A stretch of 64,000 nucleotides of DNA from Spirochaetia bacterium (lineage in GTDB: Bacteria > Spirochaetota > Spirochaetia > DSM-27196 > Salinispiraceae), in assembly GCA_038204425.1 (NCBI GenBank), contig JBBRCZ010000003.1, positions 96,001 to 160,000 on the forward strand, written 5' to 3'. The translations under genes were made by a program, and so were the position numbers. Positions within the stretch are counted from its first letter, which is position 1. Each line of letters starts with the position of its first letter. The notes under the pieces are model-generated. The model was given only the letters and a program-made list of their open reading frames with translations, was not told where the DNA came from and ran no database searches. Positions 27,584 to 36,967 of this stretch are shown one piece after another.

Positions 27584-30190
27584 ATGCGCAAAATTTGCGT
27601 TGTCGTGAGTCTTTTTTGTTTTATCTCTTTTCTTGGCGCGCAAGAAACCGACTGGTTTATGGGAAAACCAATTGCTGACATCACTTTCCAGGGGCTTTCC
27701 CGAGTCAAAAAGGCCGACCTCGAGTCGCTCATTACGCCCTTTTTGGGAAAAACATTTAATGAAGTTTTGTTAAGTGATCTCAAACGTCGCTTATATGCCT
27801 TAGAACAATTTGATTATGTAGAGGAGTCTTTTGTCGCCTCGCCGAGCGACGCGCAGAAATTGATAGTTAGATTTAAGGTAATAGAAAGACCGCAAATTGG
27901 TGAGATTGTCTTCAAAGGCAACGTTAACAACCGAAGTGCCGAGTTACTGTCAGAAATTACTCTAAAAGTTGGTCAGGCCGTCTCAAAGGCAATCGCTGCC
28001 AGCGACGAAGCGGCACTACTTAAGTTTTACCTCAAAAACGGCTTTAGTAAGGCTAGAGTATCTTTTGCTGTTGAAAACGACGAAAAAGATCCTAGCTTGC
28101 AGCGCTTGGTTTTTGCTATAGACGAAGGCTTTAAGGCAAGTGTTAGAAAAATAAGCTTTGAAGGAATTCAGTTTGGCAATGAGACTACACTCAAAGGTCT
28201 GATGAAGACCAACGAACAAGCCTTGTTTAGTGCCGGCCTCTACCAAGCAGAAGTTTTGGAACTCGATAGAGAGGGTCTGCTTCGTTACTACCGTGAAAAC
28301 GGTTATATTGATGCCAAAATCGTTGATATCCGCGTTGACACCGAGTCATCAAATGATGATAAAAGGGACTATCTTAGCCTTGTGATTAGTATCGAAGAAG
28401 GTAGGCGTTGGTACTACGGCGGACTAACCATTGTAGGCAATCAAATATTTACAACAGACGAGCTACTCGCTTTGACGCGACTCAAGCCTGGCAGTATTCT
28501 CAACTTTATTCGTTTTCAAGCTGATTACCAAGCCATTACCGACAAGTACTATAAGAACGGCTACATTAACAACGAAATGCGTCTTGTTAATGAAAATCGT
28601 GACGAATCAAGTTCTACGATCAGCTTTACCATAAGCATAATAGAGAAAGGCCGGGCTTATCTAGAAAACATCATTGTCCGTGGTAACACCAAAACCAAGT
28701 CGGATGTAATCTTGAGGGAAATCCCCATTGAGCCAGGTGATGTTTTTTCTTCCTCACGCATTAGTGAAGGGTTTTTGAATCTCACCAACAAACGTTTCTT
28801 TTCTAACATTGTCCCCGAAACCCCAGCTGGTTCTGCCCCAGGTCTTTACGACCTAATCATAAATGTAGCTGAACAAAATACCACCGATGTTCGCCTTGGT
28901 TTTACCATCAGCGGCAGCTCTGACTTTCCGCTGGCCGGAATCTTTAAGTGGAGCGACACCAACTTTCTTGGACTTGGTCAAGAATTTTCACTTGATCTTA
29001 GCGTAGCAGAACAAGAGCAACGAGTTTCGTTTAGCTACGTGGATCCATGGCTTTTTGGCCCAAGATGGTCCGGTGGTCTAAGCTTGGGCTTTAGCCGTAA
29101 TCTAGTAAAGAATGTACTTCAAGACATGGTCGCACCATTTTTTGACAGCAGTGACGATCGCGTGCCTGACCCGTATACCGGTGCCTATGTTTTTAGCAAA
29201 TTGACCACATACAATGGGCTAGACTATGCAGCAGGCGATCCTTTTCCTGGCAATCCAAGTGCAGCTGACATACTTCTTTACTCACTGCAAACTGACTATA
29301 TCTATAACGGCGGCGCACAAGGTATTCCCAGTGAATACACTATGGAGTACGTAAACTGGGATATCAGTCTCGGCCTAAACAGCAGTATCCGTAGACGTAT
29401 TGATCCAGGTTGGGTGTTCTTTGGGTTTGGTCTTAGCTTTAGCTTAAACCTAGTTGAGTACGACGAGCAAAAATATCGCCCCTTGGCGCCGGAAACCAGA
29501 GCCAACCTCAATCAGTTTAAGTTCGAAAACAGGCTGGGCTTTACGGCCGGACTTGATGCACGTGACATAGTTTTTGATCCAGCCAATGGCTACTTTGTTG
29601 AGCAAAAGATTAACCTAACCGGAGGTTTGCTACTTGGAGATCGACACTTCATCAGAACCGATACCAATCTTCAAGCCTATATAACGCTTTGGAACGCGCC
29701 AACTGGTGATGATACGAGCTTTAAGACGGTTTTGGCTCTTAACTCCAGTCTAAGTGTGCTCTTTCCTCAGTTTTGGGCCGCAGAAGGACAAGATACTTTT
29801 CAGGTCGGTAAGAACTTCTTATACACTTCGCCTATGATCATAGGGCGCGGATGGCCAAGTCGAACCAATGGTCAAGCCCTCTTTAACAATTGGATAGAGT
29901 TACGAACCCCAATCGTGCCGCAGTTGCTGTCTTTTGATATATTTTTTGATATCGTGCGTTTGACCGAATCGCGTGATACTATTTTTAGTGCGGGCAGCCA
30001 GGGTTGGATTTTTGGTTTTGGTGCTGGTTTGAGACTTACCATTCCATCACTTCCGTTGAGGCTTTATCTGGGCAAACGCTTTGATTTTGACAACGACGGA
30101 AACATTCAATGGCAAAAAGGCAACATAGGCGCCGTTGACAGTGATCCCACTTCTGGGCTCGATCTAATGATAACCTTTTCATTTTTCTGA
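27584..30190 (+). CDS. bamA: Outer membrane protein assembly factor BamA
   Basis: Signal peptide, POTRA repeats (ERP.I..I.FKGN, Y..NGY, RGNTKTK..VILRE), NFLGLGQ, GFGAGLR, terminal Phe. Confidence 0.93.
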   Translation: MRKICVVVSLFCFISFLGAQETDWFMGKPIADITFQGLSRVKKADLESLITPFLGKTFNEVLLSDLKRRLYALEQFDYVEESFVASPSDAQKLIVRFKVIERPQIGEIVFKGNVNNRSAELLSEITLKVGQAVSKAIAASDEAALLKFYLKNGFSKARVSFAVENDEKDPSLQRLVFAIDEGFKASVRKISFEGIQFGNETTLKGLMKTNEQALFSAGLYQAEVLELDREGLLRYYRENGYIDAKIVDIRVDTESSNDDKRDYLSLVISIEEGRRWYYGGLTIVGNQIFTTDELLALTRLKPGSILNFIRFQADYQAITDKYYKNGYINNEMRLVNENRDESSSTISFTISIIEKGRAYLENIIVRGNTKTKSDVILREIPIEPGDVFSSSRISEGFLNLTNKRFFSNIVPETPAGSAPGLYDLIINVAEQNTTDVRLGFTISGSSDFPLAGIFKWSDTNFLGLGQEFSLDLSVAEQEQRVSFSYVDPWLFGPRWSGGLSLGFSRNLVKNVLQDMVAPFFDSSDDRVPDPYTGAYVFSKLTTYNGLDYAAGDPFPGNPSAADILLYSLQTDYIYNGGAQGIPSEYTMEYVNWDISLGLNSSIRRRIDPGWVFFGFGLSFSLNLVEYDEQKYRPLAPETRANLNQFKFENRLGFTAGLDARDIVFDPANGYFVEQKINLTGGLLLGDRHFIRTDTNLQAYITLWNAPTGDDTSFKTVLALNSSLSVLFPQFWAAEGQDTFQVGKNFLYTSPMIIGRGWPSRTNGQALFNNWIELRTPIVPQLLSFDIFFDIVRLTESRDTIFSAGSQGWIFGFGAGLRLTIPSLPLRLYLGKRFDFDNDGNIQWQKGNIGAVDSDPTSGLDLMITFSFF

Positions 30191-30210
30191 TTTTGGAGTA
30201 GAAATTAGCT

Positions 30211-30741
30211 ATGAAACAAGTAATTTGGCTTAGCGCCCTTTTTGTGGCGATTGTGGTTCTGGTTTCCGCTACCGCAACCCAGTTAACAACCGTTGCGATA
30301 GTAAATGTCGCAAGAATCTACACAACCTTCTTTTCAGAGTCCCAACAAGTGAGGGACTTTGAAAAGACCAAAAAGGTATTTCAGGACGAACTTAACAGTC
30401 ATCAAGATAAGTTGCGCCAGCTTCAGGAGCAACGTTTGACCGCCTTGGCTGCCAAGCGTAACAACGAAGTGCTTACCATTGAGAAAGAAATGTTAGAGCT
30501 GCAGCAGTTTATCAACGACTATCGTCGCCTCAAGCAAGCGCAACTCAAGGATATCGAAACTGCACTCAGGTCTGGGGATCAGTTTATGCAAGAACTAGCC
30601 GTTGCCATCAAGTACACGGCCGAGAGCGAAGGTTATACGGTTGTTTTAGATAAGGATGATCCCAGCCTTCGTTTTTGGAGTCCAGAAGTTGACATTACTG
30701 ACAAGGTATTGACCCGCTTGCGGGCTATGGTCGTTAGGTAA
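30211..30741 (+). CDS. OmpH/Skp family periplasmic chaperone
   Basis: VAIVN, coiled coil, A.SEGYTVVL, DITDKVL. Follows bamA. Confidence 0.88.
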   Translation: MKQVIWLSALFVAIVVLVSATATQLTTVAIVNVARIYTTFFSESQQVRDFEKTKKVFQDELNSHQDKLRQLQEQRLTALAAKRNNEVLTIEKEMLELQQFINDYRRLKQAQLKDIETALRSGDQFMQELAVAIKYTAESEGYTVVLDKDDPSLRFWSPEVDITDKVLTRLRAMVVR

Positions 30742-30766
30742 GTGATTGAACAAGTAAACAAGAGTT

Positions 30767-31234
30767 CTAAATAGCAGTTTTTTTGATTGATTCTTCAAGA
30801 GTTTGAACAACTATTTCAAAGCGTTTTCTGTTCTCCTCGCTCAGTTCTGCCAGTGCGCGATGCGCGTCAAGTAGATCACAGGCTTGGTTGTTGCAGAGAT
30901 CTTCAGATCTATCTGATGCAACTTGGGTATCAAATGTCTCTTCACTCACTTCGAATATTTTTTGAAGGCCCATTATGGTTAGCAGCTGACGGCATTCGGG
31001 ACTAGGCTTAACTAGAAATATTGCCAGGTGAGGAATCCTCTTCCAGACGCTAATCATTTGACCCATTACGGTGGAGTCCATGTAACAGCAGTTCTGTAAA
31101 TCTATCTTTATGGTAGCAAATGGTTGTTTAGATTGAAGATTGTCTACCATGGTCAGAAAGTTTTCGCCATGCAAACCGTTCATCTTCTTTGGTGCAACCA
31201 AATACAGGGTCTCATTTTTAATTCCGTACAACAT
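30767..31234 (-). CDS. STAS-domain anti-sigma factor antagonist
   Basis: IDLQNCCYMDSTVMG, LL.IMGL and C-terminal AHRALAELSEENRKRF. ATG 31234 preferred. Confidence 0.8.
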   Translation of the reverse strand: MLYGIKNETLYLVAPKKMNGLHGENFLTMVDNLQSKQPFATIKIDLQNCCYMDSTVMGQMISVWKRIPHLAIFLVKPSPECRQLLTIMGLQKIFEVSEETFDTQVASDRSEDLCNNQACDLLDAHRALAELSEENRKRFEIVVQTLEESIKKTAI

Positions 31235-31315
31235 GGTGTCAGTCAATATTACATTCCTTCCACTTGTGGTTTCCGGGTATACCAATATTCGCTTAAAATA
31301 CTATAATCACATGAC

Positions 31316-33961
31316 ATGTCTGATACAAGTCCTATGATGCAACAATATGAGGGAATAAAAAAACAGCACAACGATGCGATTCTTTTTTTTAGGCTCGGTG
31401 ACTTCTATGAAATGTTTAAACAGGATGCCTTCGAAGCCAATCGTATTCTTGGTTTAACGCTTACGCAACGTCAGGGCGTGCCAATGTGCGGAATCCCTTT
31501 TCATGCTTCAAAAACTTACATTGCTAAACTGCTTGCCAACGGAAAAAAAATAGCCATTTGTGATCAGGTGGCGCCAAGTCCGCAAAGTAAAGGAATAGCT
31601 GAGCGGCACGTTGTTCAGATTATTACCCCAGGAACGCTAGTCGACGGAGACTATCTTGATTCTGGAGCTTCCAACTATTTGCTATCAATTAGTCGACCCA
31701 ATGATGGTTGTTACGCTTGGGCACTGGCCGAGCTGTCGACAGGAGAGGTAAAACTCAAAGTTAGCAGTCAAGATCTTGCTGTAGACGATTTTTTGACTTT
31801 TTTGGCAAAGTACGCGCCGCGAGAACTCTTGGTTCAAGAAAGTATCGTGCACCAGAGCACCGATTTGGCCCGAGAACTCAAGAACCTTGATGGACTTGTG
31901 CTCAACCGCTTTGGAGATTGGCTCTACGATGTGGAAGAGACGCAGAAGAAAATGCAAGCCCTAATGGGTCTGGTAAGCCTCAAGGGATTTGGCATCCAAG
32001 AGGGTTCATTGCAGGTACATGCTATGTCGGCAATTCTACACTACGGTGAAGACACAGCTCGGCATCGCCTTGAACAGCTGCGAAACATATCAATTATCGA
32101 CGATGCAACCATGCTCAAGCTTGATGAAACCAGTGTCAAAAATTTAGAGCTACTATGCAATCTGCAAGATGGCGGGACCGCATTTAGTCTTCTGGCTCAG
32201 ATGCATCACACCAAAACACCCATGGGAATGCGATACCTGCGTCAAACAATTGTGGAGCCCTTGCTCAGTAAGAGCCTGATAGACAGACGCTTGCAAAAGG
32301 TCTCTTTTTTGTACCATCAGCAAGACTTTTTGACAGAGCTGAGAGTTTTGCTGTCCAGGGTGCAAGATATAGAACGAATAGCAAATCGAATTATTCTCGA
32401 TAGAGCCCATGCCAAGGAACTTCGCGCATTGGCCGCGTCCATTGATGCCATGATTGAGATAGAAGATAAAATTAGGCAAACCGACTTGGCTTCAAGCGAA
32501 GATCACCAAGAGACCCTTACCCTATGTGCTCAGACCGCAGATCTCATTCGAAAGGGTATTTTGGACGAACCTGCCGTTGTAGTACATGAGGGTGGCCTGA
32601 TACGGCATGGTTTTGACGAAAAGGTCGACTACTATCGCAGCCTGCAAAGTGACAGCGAGTCGATACTCGAAGCCTATGTCGAAGAGGAACGCAAGCTAAC
32701 CGGTTTAACCGCGCTTAAACTCAAATATAACCGCATAATTGGCTATTACTTTGAGCTTAGTAAATCGCACATCGGCGTCAAGCCCGAACACTTTATTCGC
32801 AAGCAAAGTTTGGTCAATGGTGAGCGCTTTGCGACCACCAGATTGCGTGAGCTTGAGGATAATATTTTGAGCGCTAAAGAGCTATGTATAGAGCGCGAGC
32901 GAGAAATTTTTCTGCAGTTGCGTGACACTATAAAATCAAGCATAAAGTCGCTTTTGGTGATGGTTGGCTCTATCGCTGAACTTGATCTCATAGCCTGTTT
33001 TGCCGTAACTGCCACCCAGCGCGGCTACAGTTGCCCGGTCATTTACGAAGACCAGCGCCTGCATATTTTGCAAGGCAGGCACCCGGTAGTTGAGCAACAT
33101 GTTGGACTTGGCAAGTACATTCCCAATGATTGTAGCCTGTCACTTGCCGCAAGTCCAGAAAAAGTGGCTTTGCTTACTGGTCCCAATATGGCAGGAAAAT
33201 CAACTTTTTTACGCCAAACAGCGTTGATAGTCTTGATGGCGCAGATGGGAAGCTGGGTACCGGCAGAATACGCAGAGATTGGCCTGACTGACAGAATTTT
33301 TTGTCGTGTAGGCGCTTCCGACAACCTCGCCAAAGGTGAGTCAACATTCTTGGTAGAGATGAACGAGACAGCCATGATTCTTAGGCACGCCAGTGAAAAG
33401 AGTCTGATCATAATGGATGAAGTTGGACGTGGGACTGGAACTCAGGATGGCCTTGCGATAGCTAGATCAATCTTAGAGTACCTGGTTAGCGTCATTCAGG
33501 CGCGATGTTTGTTTGCTACTCATTTTCACGAGCTGACCGAATGTGGCGTCAGTGGTTTTAGAAATCTTTCAATGTCGGTTCAGGAGTCGGACGGCAAAGT
33601 TTATTTCCTCAAAAAGGTTGTTGACGGTCCTTCAAGTAACTCATATGGGGTTCATGTCGCGCAATTAGCAGGTTTGCCCGACTCAGTAATCAGGCGCGCG
33701 CGCCTGCTGGTAGAGATCTCACTGGCCAAGCTGGAAACACGGCCCCAGACTACTTTGCCTCCAGTAGTGCAAGAAAATAATGCTGTACAAGAAAACAATC
33801 AAGATCAACAGGCAAGTCTATTTGACGACAGCGAAGAGCTCAGGCTTTCTCTGTTGAGCTTTAATACTGCCAACAAAACTCCCTTAGAAGCTCTCAATTT
33901 TCTCGACCAGGTCAAAAAGCGTTTTGGTCTTGAACAAACAATAAAGAAATCTCGCTCTTAA
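31316..33961 (+). CDS. mutS: DNA mismatch repair protein MutS
   Basis: FRLGDFYEMF, TPGT, TGPNMAGKST, STFLVEM, DEVGRGT, ATHFHEL. Confidence 0.98.
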   Translation: MSDTSPMMQQYEGIKKQHNDAILFFRLGDFYEMFKQDAFEANRILGLTLTQRQGVPMCGIPFHASKTYIAKLLANGKKIAICDQVAPSPQSKGIAERHVVQIITPGTLVDGDYLDSGASNYLLSISRPNDGCYAWALAELSTGEVKLKVSSQDLAVDDFLTFLAKYAPRELLVQESIVHQSTDLARELKNLDGLVLNRFGDWLYDVEETQKKMQALMGLVSLKGFGIQEGSLQVHAMSAILHYGEDTARHRLEQLRNISIIDDATMLKLDETSVKNLELLCNLQDGGTAFSLLAQMHHTKTPMGMRYLRQTIVEPLLSKSLIDRRLQKVSFLYHQQDFLTELRVLLSRVQDIERIANRIILDRAHAKELRALAASIDAMIEIEDKIRQTDLASSEDHQETLTLCAQTADLIRKGILDEPAVVVHEGGLIRHGFDEKVDYYRSLQSDSESILEAYVEEERKLTGLTALKLKYNRIIGYYFELSKSHIGVKPEHFIRKQSLVNGERFATTRLRELEDNILSAKELCIEREREIFLQLRDTIKSSIKSLLVMVGSIAELDLIACFAVTATQRGYSCPVIYEDQRLHILQGRHPVVEQHVGLGKYIPNDCSLSLAASPEKVALLTGPNMAGKSTFLRQTALIVLMAQMGSWVPAEYAEIGLTDRIFCRVGASDNLAKGESTFLVEMNETAMILRHASEKSLIIMDEVGRGTGTQDGLAIARSILEYLVSVIQARCLFATHFHELTECGVSGFRNLSMSVQESDGKVYFLKKVVDGPSSNSYGVHVAQLAGLPDSVIRRARLLVEISLAKLETRPQTTLPPVVQENNAVQENNQDQQASLFDDSEELRLSLLSFNTANKTPLEALNFLDQVKKRFGLEQTIKKSRS

Positions 33962-33996
33962 AAAATTGGAATCAACATTGCAGCAGTCTATTGAGC

Positions 33997-34701
33997 ATGA
34001 AGCTGTCAAATTTTTTGTATAATTTCCCTGGTCTGGAATGCTGTATTTGCGCCAACTATCTGGTAGACAGTTCTTCTAGGCTGCTTGGTATTTGTCATTC
34101 CTGTGCTAATTCTTTGCATCCTATCAGCGAACCATTTTGTAGTAAGTGCGGAATTAGTTTATTGTCCGAACAAGGTGACTGCCTAGATTGTAGGCCCTAT
34201 GAAGGGCCTTTTCCTCACCTCAAGATGCTCAGGAGCTGCTATCACTATTGGGGTAGTGCAGCCGATTTTTTGCTTGCCTACAAAAAACACTCGTGGATCA
34301 AACTTGCCAATTTCTTTGCTCGAGCACTCGAGAAGTCTTTGTCTGAGTTCTGGACTTCCGAGATGGTCCTGACTACAGCGCCCAGCACTTTTTTGTCACG
34401 CCATATGCGAGGTTTTGATCATACCAAAGCTTTAGTGACCGCCATGAAACCGCACTATCGCAGATCCTTTCAAAGGCTGCTCGTTAGAAAACCCGGCGCC
34501 AGCCAAAAAAGTCTTGGCCGTGATCAACGATCAAGCAACCTGATTGGCAAAATTGCCTATGCGGGTCCAAAAAGAACCAGTAACTGCGTCACCATCATTG
34601 ACGATGTCTGTACCAGTGGAGCAACTCTGTCTTGTTGTGCCGCTGTTTTGAAGGAAGCGGGGTTTGAGAAAGTCTACGCTCTTACCTTGTTTCGGGACTA
34701 A
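33997..34701 (+). CDS. comF: ComF family amidophosphoribosyltransferase-like protein
   Basis: N-terminal CxxC pairs, RGFD, Q..L.R.QR..N, IIDDVCTSGATL. Confidence 0.85.
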   Translation: MKLSNFLYNFPGLECCICANYLVDSSSRLLGICHSCANSLHPISEPFCSKCGISLLSEQGDCLDCRPYEGPFPHLKMLRSCYHYWGSAADFLLAYKKHSWIKLANFFARALEKSLSEFWTSEMVLTTAPSTFLSRHMRGFDHTKALVTAMKPHYRRSFQRLLVRKPGASQKSLGRDQRSSNLIGKIAYAGPKRTSNCVTIIDDVCTSGATLSCCAAVLKEAGFEKVYALTLFRD

Positions 34702-34732
34702 TGCAGGCCGGCCAAATTTGCCGCTGGGCCAA

Positions 34733-34761
34733 TTGACAAGCCAGGCTGAACGTGCTAATTT
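34733..34761 (+). promoter_or_regulatory. Promoter of the rimP-nusA-infB operon
   Basis: TTGACA-17 bp-TAATTT with an extended TG. Confidence 0.7.
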
Positions 34762-34786
34762 CAGGTACTTTTTGATCCAAGGCGTG

Positions 34787-34814
34787 AAAAGAGTCGGTCT
34801 CCGGCTCTTTTTTT
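34787..34814 (+). terminator. rimP leader attenuator hairpin
   Basis: AAAAGAGTCGG-TCT-CCGGCTCTTTT plus a T run, between the promoter and the rimP start. Confidence 0.75.
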
Positions 34815-34851
34815 ATTGACTTAGGTCATCCGTCATGGGGAGGCGTGGGCT

Positions 34852-35295
34852 GTGGGCGAGGACGAACTATACAAAGATTTAGAACCACTTATTGACGACT
34901 TGGGCGTAAAGCTCGTCGACTTTAGGTTGGTGCGCCTAAAAACAGGTACCAACGCTCAAATAGTTTTGTTTAAAGAAGGCGGTGTCGGCACCAATGAATG
35001 TGCCGATGTCTATCGTTTGGTCCTACCAAGACTTGAAGTGCTTTTGACAAGTCAGGATATTCATTTGGAAGTATCTAGTCCTGGCTTGGGCCGGGTTCTT
35101 CGACTGCCACGAGAGTACCCGATATTCTTGGGAAAAAATGTTGTAGTATATTTACGCGGTGGTAAGTCTCATCAGGGTAAACTGGTGGAAGCAGACGGTA
35201 GCGAGTTTCAAGTTTTGACCAAGGATGGATTGGTCGGACTCACTTATGACAATGTTCAGAAAACTAAATTAGAAGAATCACAGGAGGGGTCCTGA
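34852..35295 (+). CDS. rimP: Ribosome maturation factor RimP
   Basis: LEVSSPGLGRVL motif. RBS GGGGAGG. Upstream of nusA. Confidence 0.92.
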   Translation: MGEDELYKDLEPLIDDLGVKLVDFRLVRLKTGTNAQIVLFKEGGVGTNECADVYRLVLPRLEVLLTSQDIHLEVSSPGLGRVLRLPREYPIFLGKNVVVYLRGGKSHQGKLVEADGSEFQVLTKDGLVGLTYDNVQKTKLEESQEGS

Positions 35296-35297
35296 TT

Positions 35298-36932
35298 ATG
35301 GCAGCATCACTTTCCGAGGCAATTAAGCTTATTGTTCAAGAAAAAGGTATTTCTACCGAATTGGTTTTGCAAACCGTCGAAGATTTGCTCATGGCAGCTT
35401 ACAAGAGAAAATATGGTACCACTGAAAATGCAGTCTTTCAATATGACGAAGAAACTGGGGATGCGGCAATTCTAGCACGAAAACTCATCGTCGCCGAAAT
35501 TGAGGATCCAGTTTTAGAAATCACACTTGAAGACGCTCTGGCTTACGACACTGGTTGTGAACTGGGTGATGAGCTTTTGATCGAGATCGATCCGCAAGAA
35601 TTTGATAGGGTGGCAGTACAAAGTGCTAAGCAAAAGGCGCGTCAATCACTACGAGAGATTCAGAAAGATACGCTTTACTCAGAGTTCAATACCAAAGTCG
35701 GCGAGATGATTATTGGTTATTACCAACGCGAGCACAAAGGCAATATAATAGTTGACCTTGGTAAGGTTGAAGGTATAATGCCTAAACGATACCAATCGCC
35801 TCGTGAGGTTTATCGTGCCAATGATCGTATTAAGGCGATGATTTTTGAAGTCAACAAAACCCCAATGGGCTTGCAGGTTGTTTTGTCCCGAACCCACGTT
35901 GAGTTTGTAAAAAAGATTTTTGAGCTTGAAGTGCCAGAAATTTACGATAAAACGGTAGAAATTGTTAAAATTGTTCGCGAACCGGGATATCGAACCAAGA
36001 TTGCTGTTTATTCACATCGTGATGATATTGATCCAGTGGGAGCATGTGTGGGTCTAAAAGGTGTGCGTATTCAAGCTATAGTGCGAGAGCTTGAAGGCGA
36101 GAAAATTGACATTCTCAAATATGACATTGATCCTCGTTCATTTATTAGAAATGCATTGTCTCCCGCTGAGGTTAACCAAGTCGTTATAATTGACGAGCAC
36201 AAGCGGCAGGCGCTTGCGGTTGTCAATGAAAATCAACTTTCTTTGGCAATTGGTAAGCAAGGCTTAAACGTCAGGTTGGCCAATCGACTGGTTGACTGGA
36301 ACATTGATGTTAAAACAGAAGAACAATTCGCAAGCATGGACATCTCAGTTGAGAAGAAGATGGCAGTCAAAGCACTGTTTGGCGATATGGATGAGCCCGA
36401 ACTTATCACTAAGTTATCTGAGTTGGTTGATATGCCAGCCCACATCTTAGAAATACTTGAGCGCAATGGTATTGAGCTTATTGAAACTTTGGTTTCGCTC
36501 ACAACCGAGCAAATTCGTAAGATTGATGGTTTGACGGAAGCAGATGTTGAAAAACTAGAAGAAATCATTAATAGCAGTGTTGAGATCCTCGAGCAGAGCT
36601 CCGGCGAAGATCAGAATGGGCTTGCGTCTGACGAAAAAGAAGAATATTATAGGGACTTCGAAGGGGCTGGATCAGGCGAGCAATCTGGTCTTGTGGAAGA
36701 TGAGGAATATGAAGAAGACGAGGAAGAAGAAGAGATCTCCTTGGTTTCTGAGTTGCCCGGAATTCCACAAGGTATAATTGACGCGCTTGATAAAGCTGGT
36801 AAATCAGAAATCGTTGACTTGATTTCGATGACTCCAGCTCAGCTGCGATCCTTGGACGGGCTTACACCCGCGGATGTTGAGATTCTTCTGAATATCATTT
36901 CCGAAAACGTTGAGATTATCGAAGAAGAATAA
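35298..36932 (+). CDS. nusA: Transcription termination/antitermination factor NusA
   Basis: S1 and KH domains, FELEVPEI, REPGYRTKIAV, DPVGACVG, LAIGKQGLNVRLA. Confidence 0.98.
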   Translation: MAASLSEAIKLIVQEKGISTELVLQTVEDLLMAAYKRKYGTTENAVFQYDEETGDAAILARKLIVAEIEDPVLEITLEDALAYDTGCELGDELLIEIDPQEFDRVAVQSAKQKARQSLREIQKDTLYSEFNTKVGEMIIGYYQREHKGNIIVDLGKVEGIMPKRYQSPREVYRANDRIKAMIFEVNKTPMGLQVVLSRTHVEFVKKIFELEVPEIYDKTVEIVKIVREPGYRTKIAVYSHRDDIDPVGACVGLKGVRIQAIVRELEGEKIDILKYDIDPRSFIRNALSPAEVNQVVIIDEHKRQALAVVNENQLSLAIGKQGLNVRLANRLVDWNIDVKTEEQFASMDISVEKKMAVKALFGDMDEPELITKLSELVDMPAHILEILERNGIELIETLVSLTTEQIRKIDGLTEADVEKLEEIINSSVEILEQSSGEDQNGLASDEKEEYYRDFEGAGSGEQSGLVEDEEYEEDEEEEEISLVSELPGIPQGIIDALDKAGKSEIVDLISMTPAQLRSLDGLTPADVEILLNIISENVEIIEEE

Positions 36933-36967
36933 AGCATCGGATTGTTCCGACATCAAAAAGGTGAGGT

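Noticed and set aside
33767..33800. VQENNAVQENN micro-duplication near the MutS C-terminus
   Set aside because: An 18-bp duplication in a variable linker, with no sign of function.
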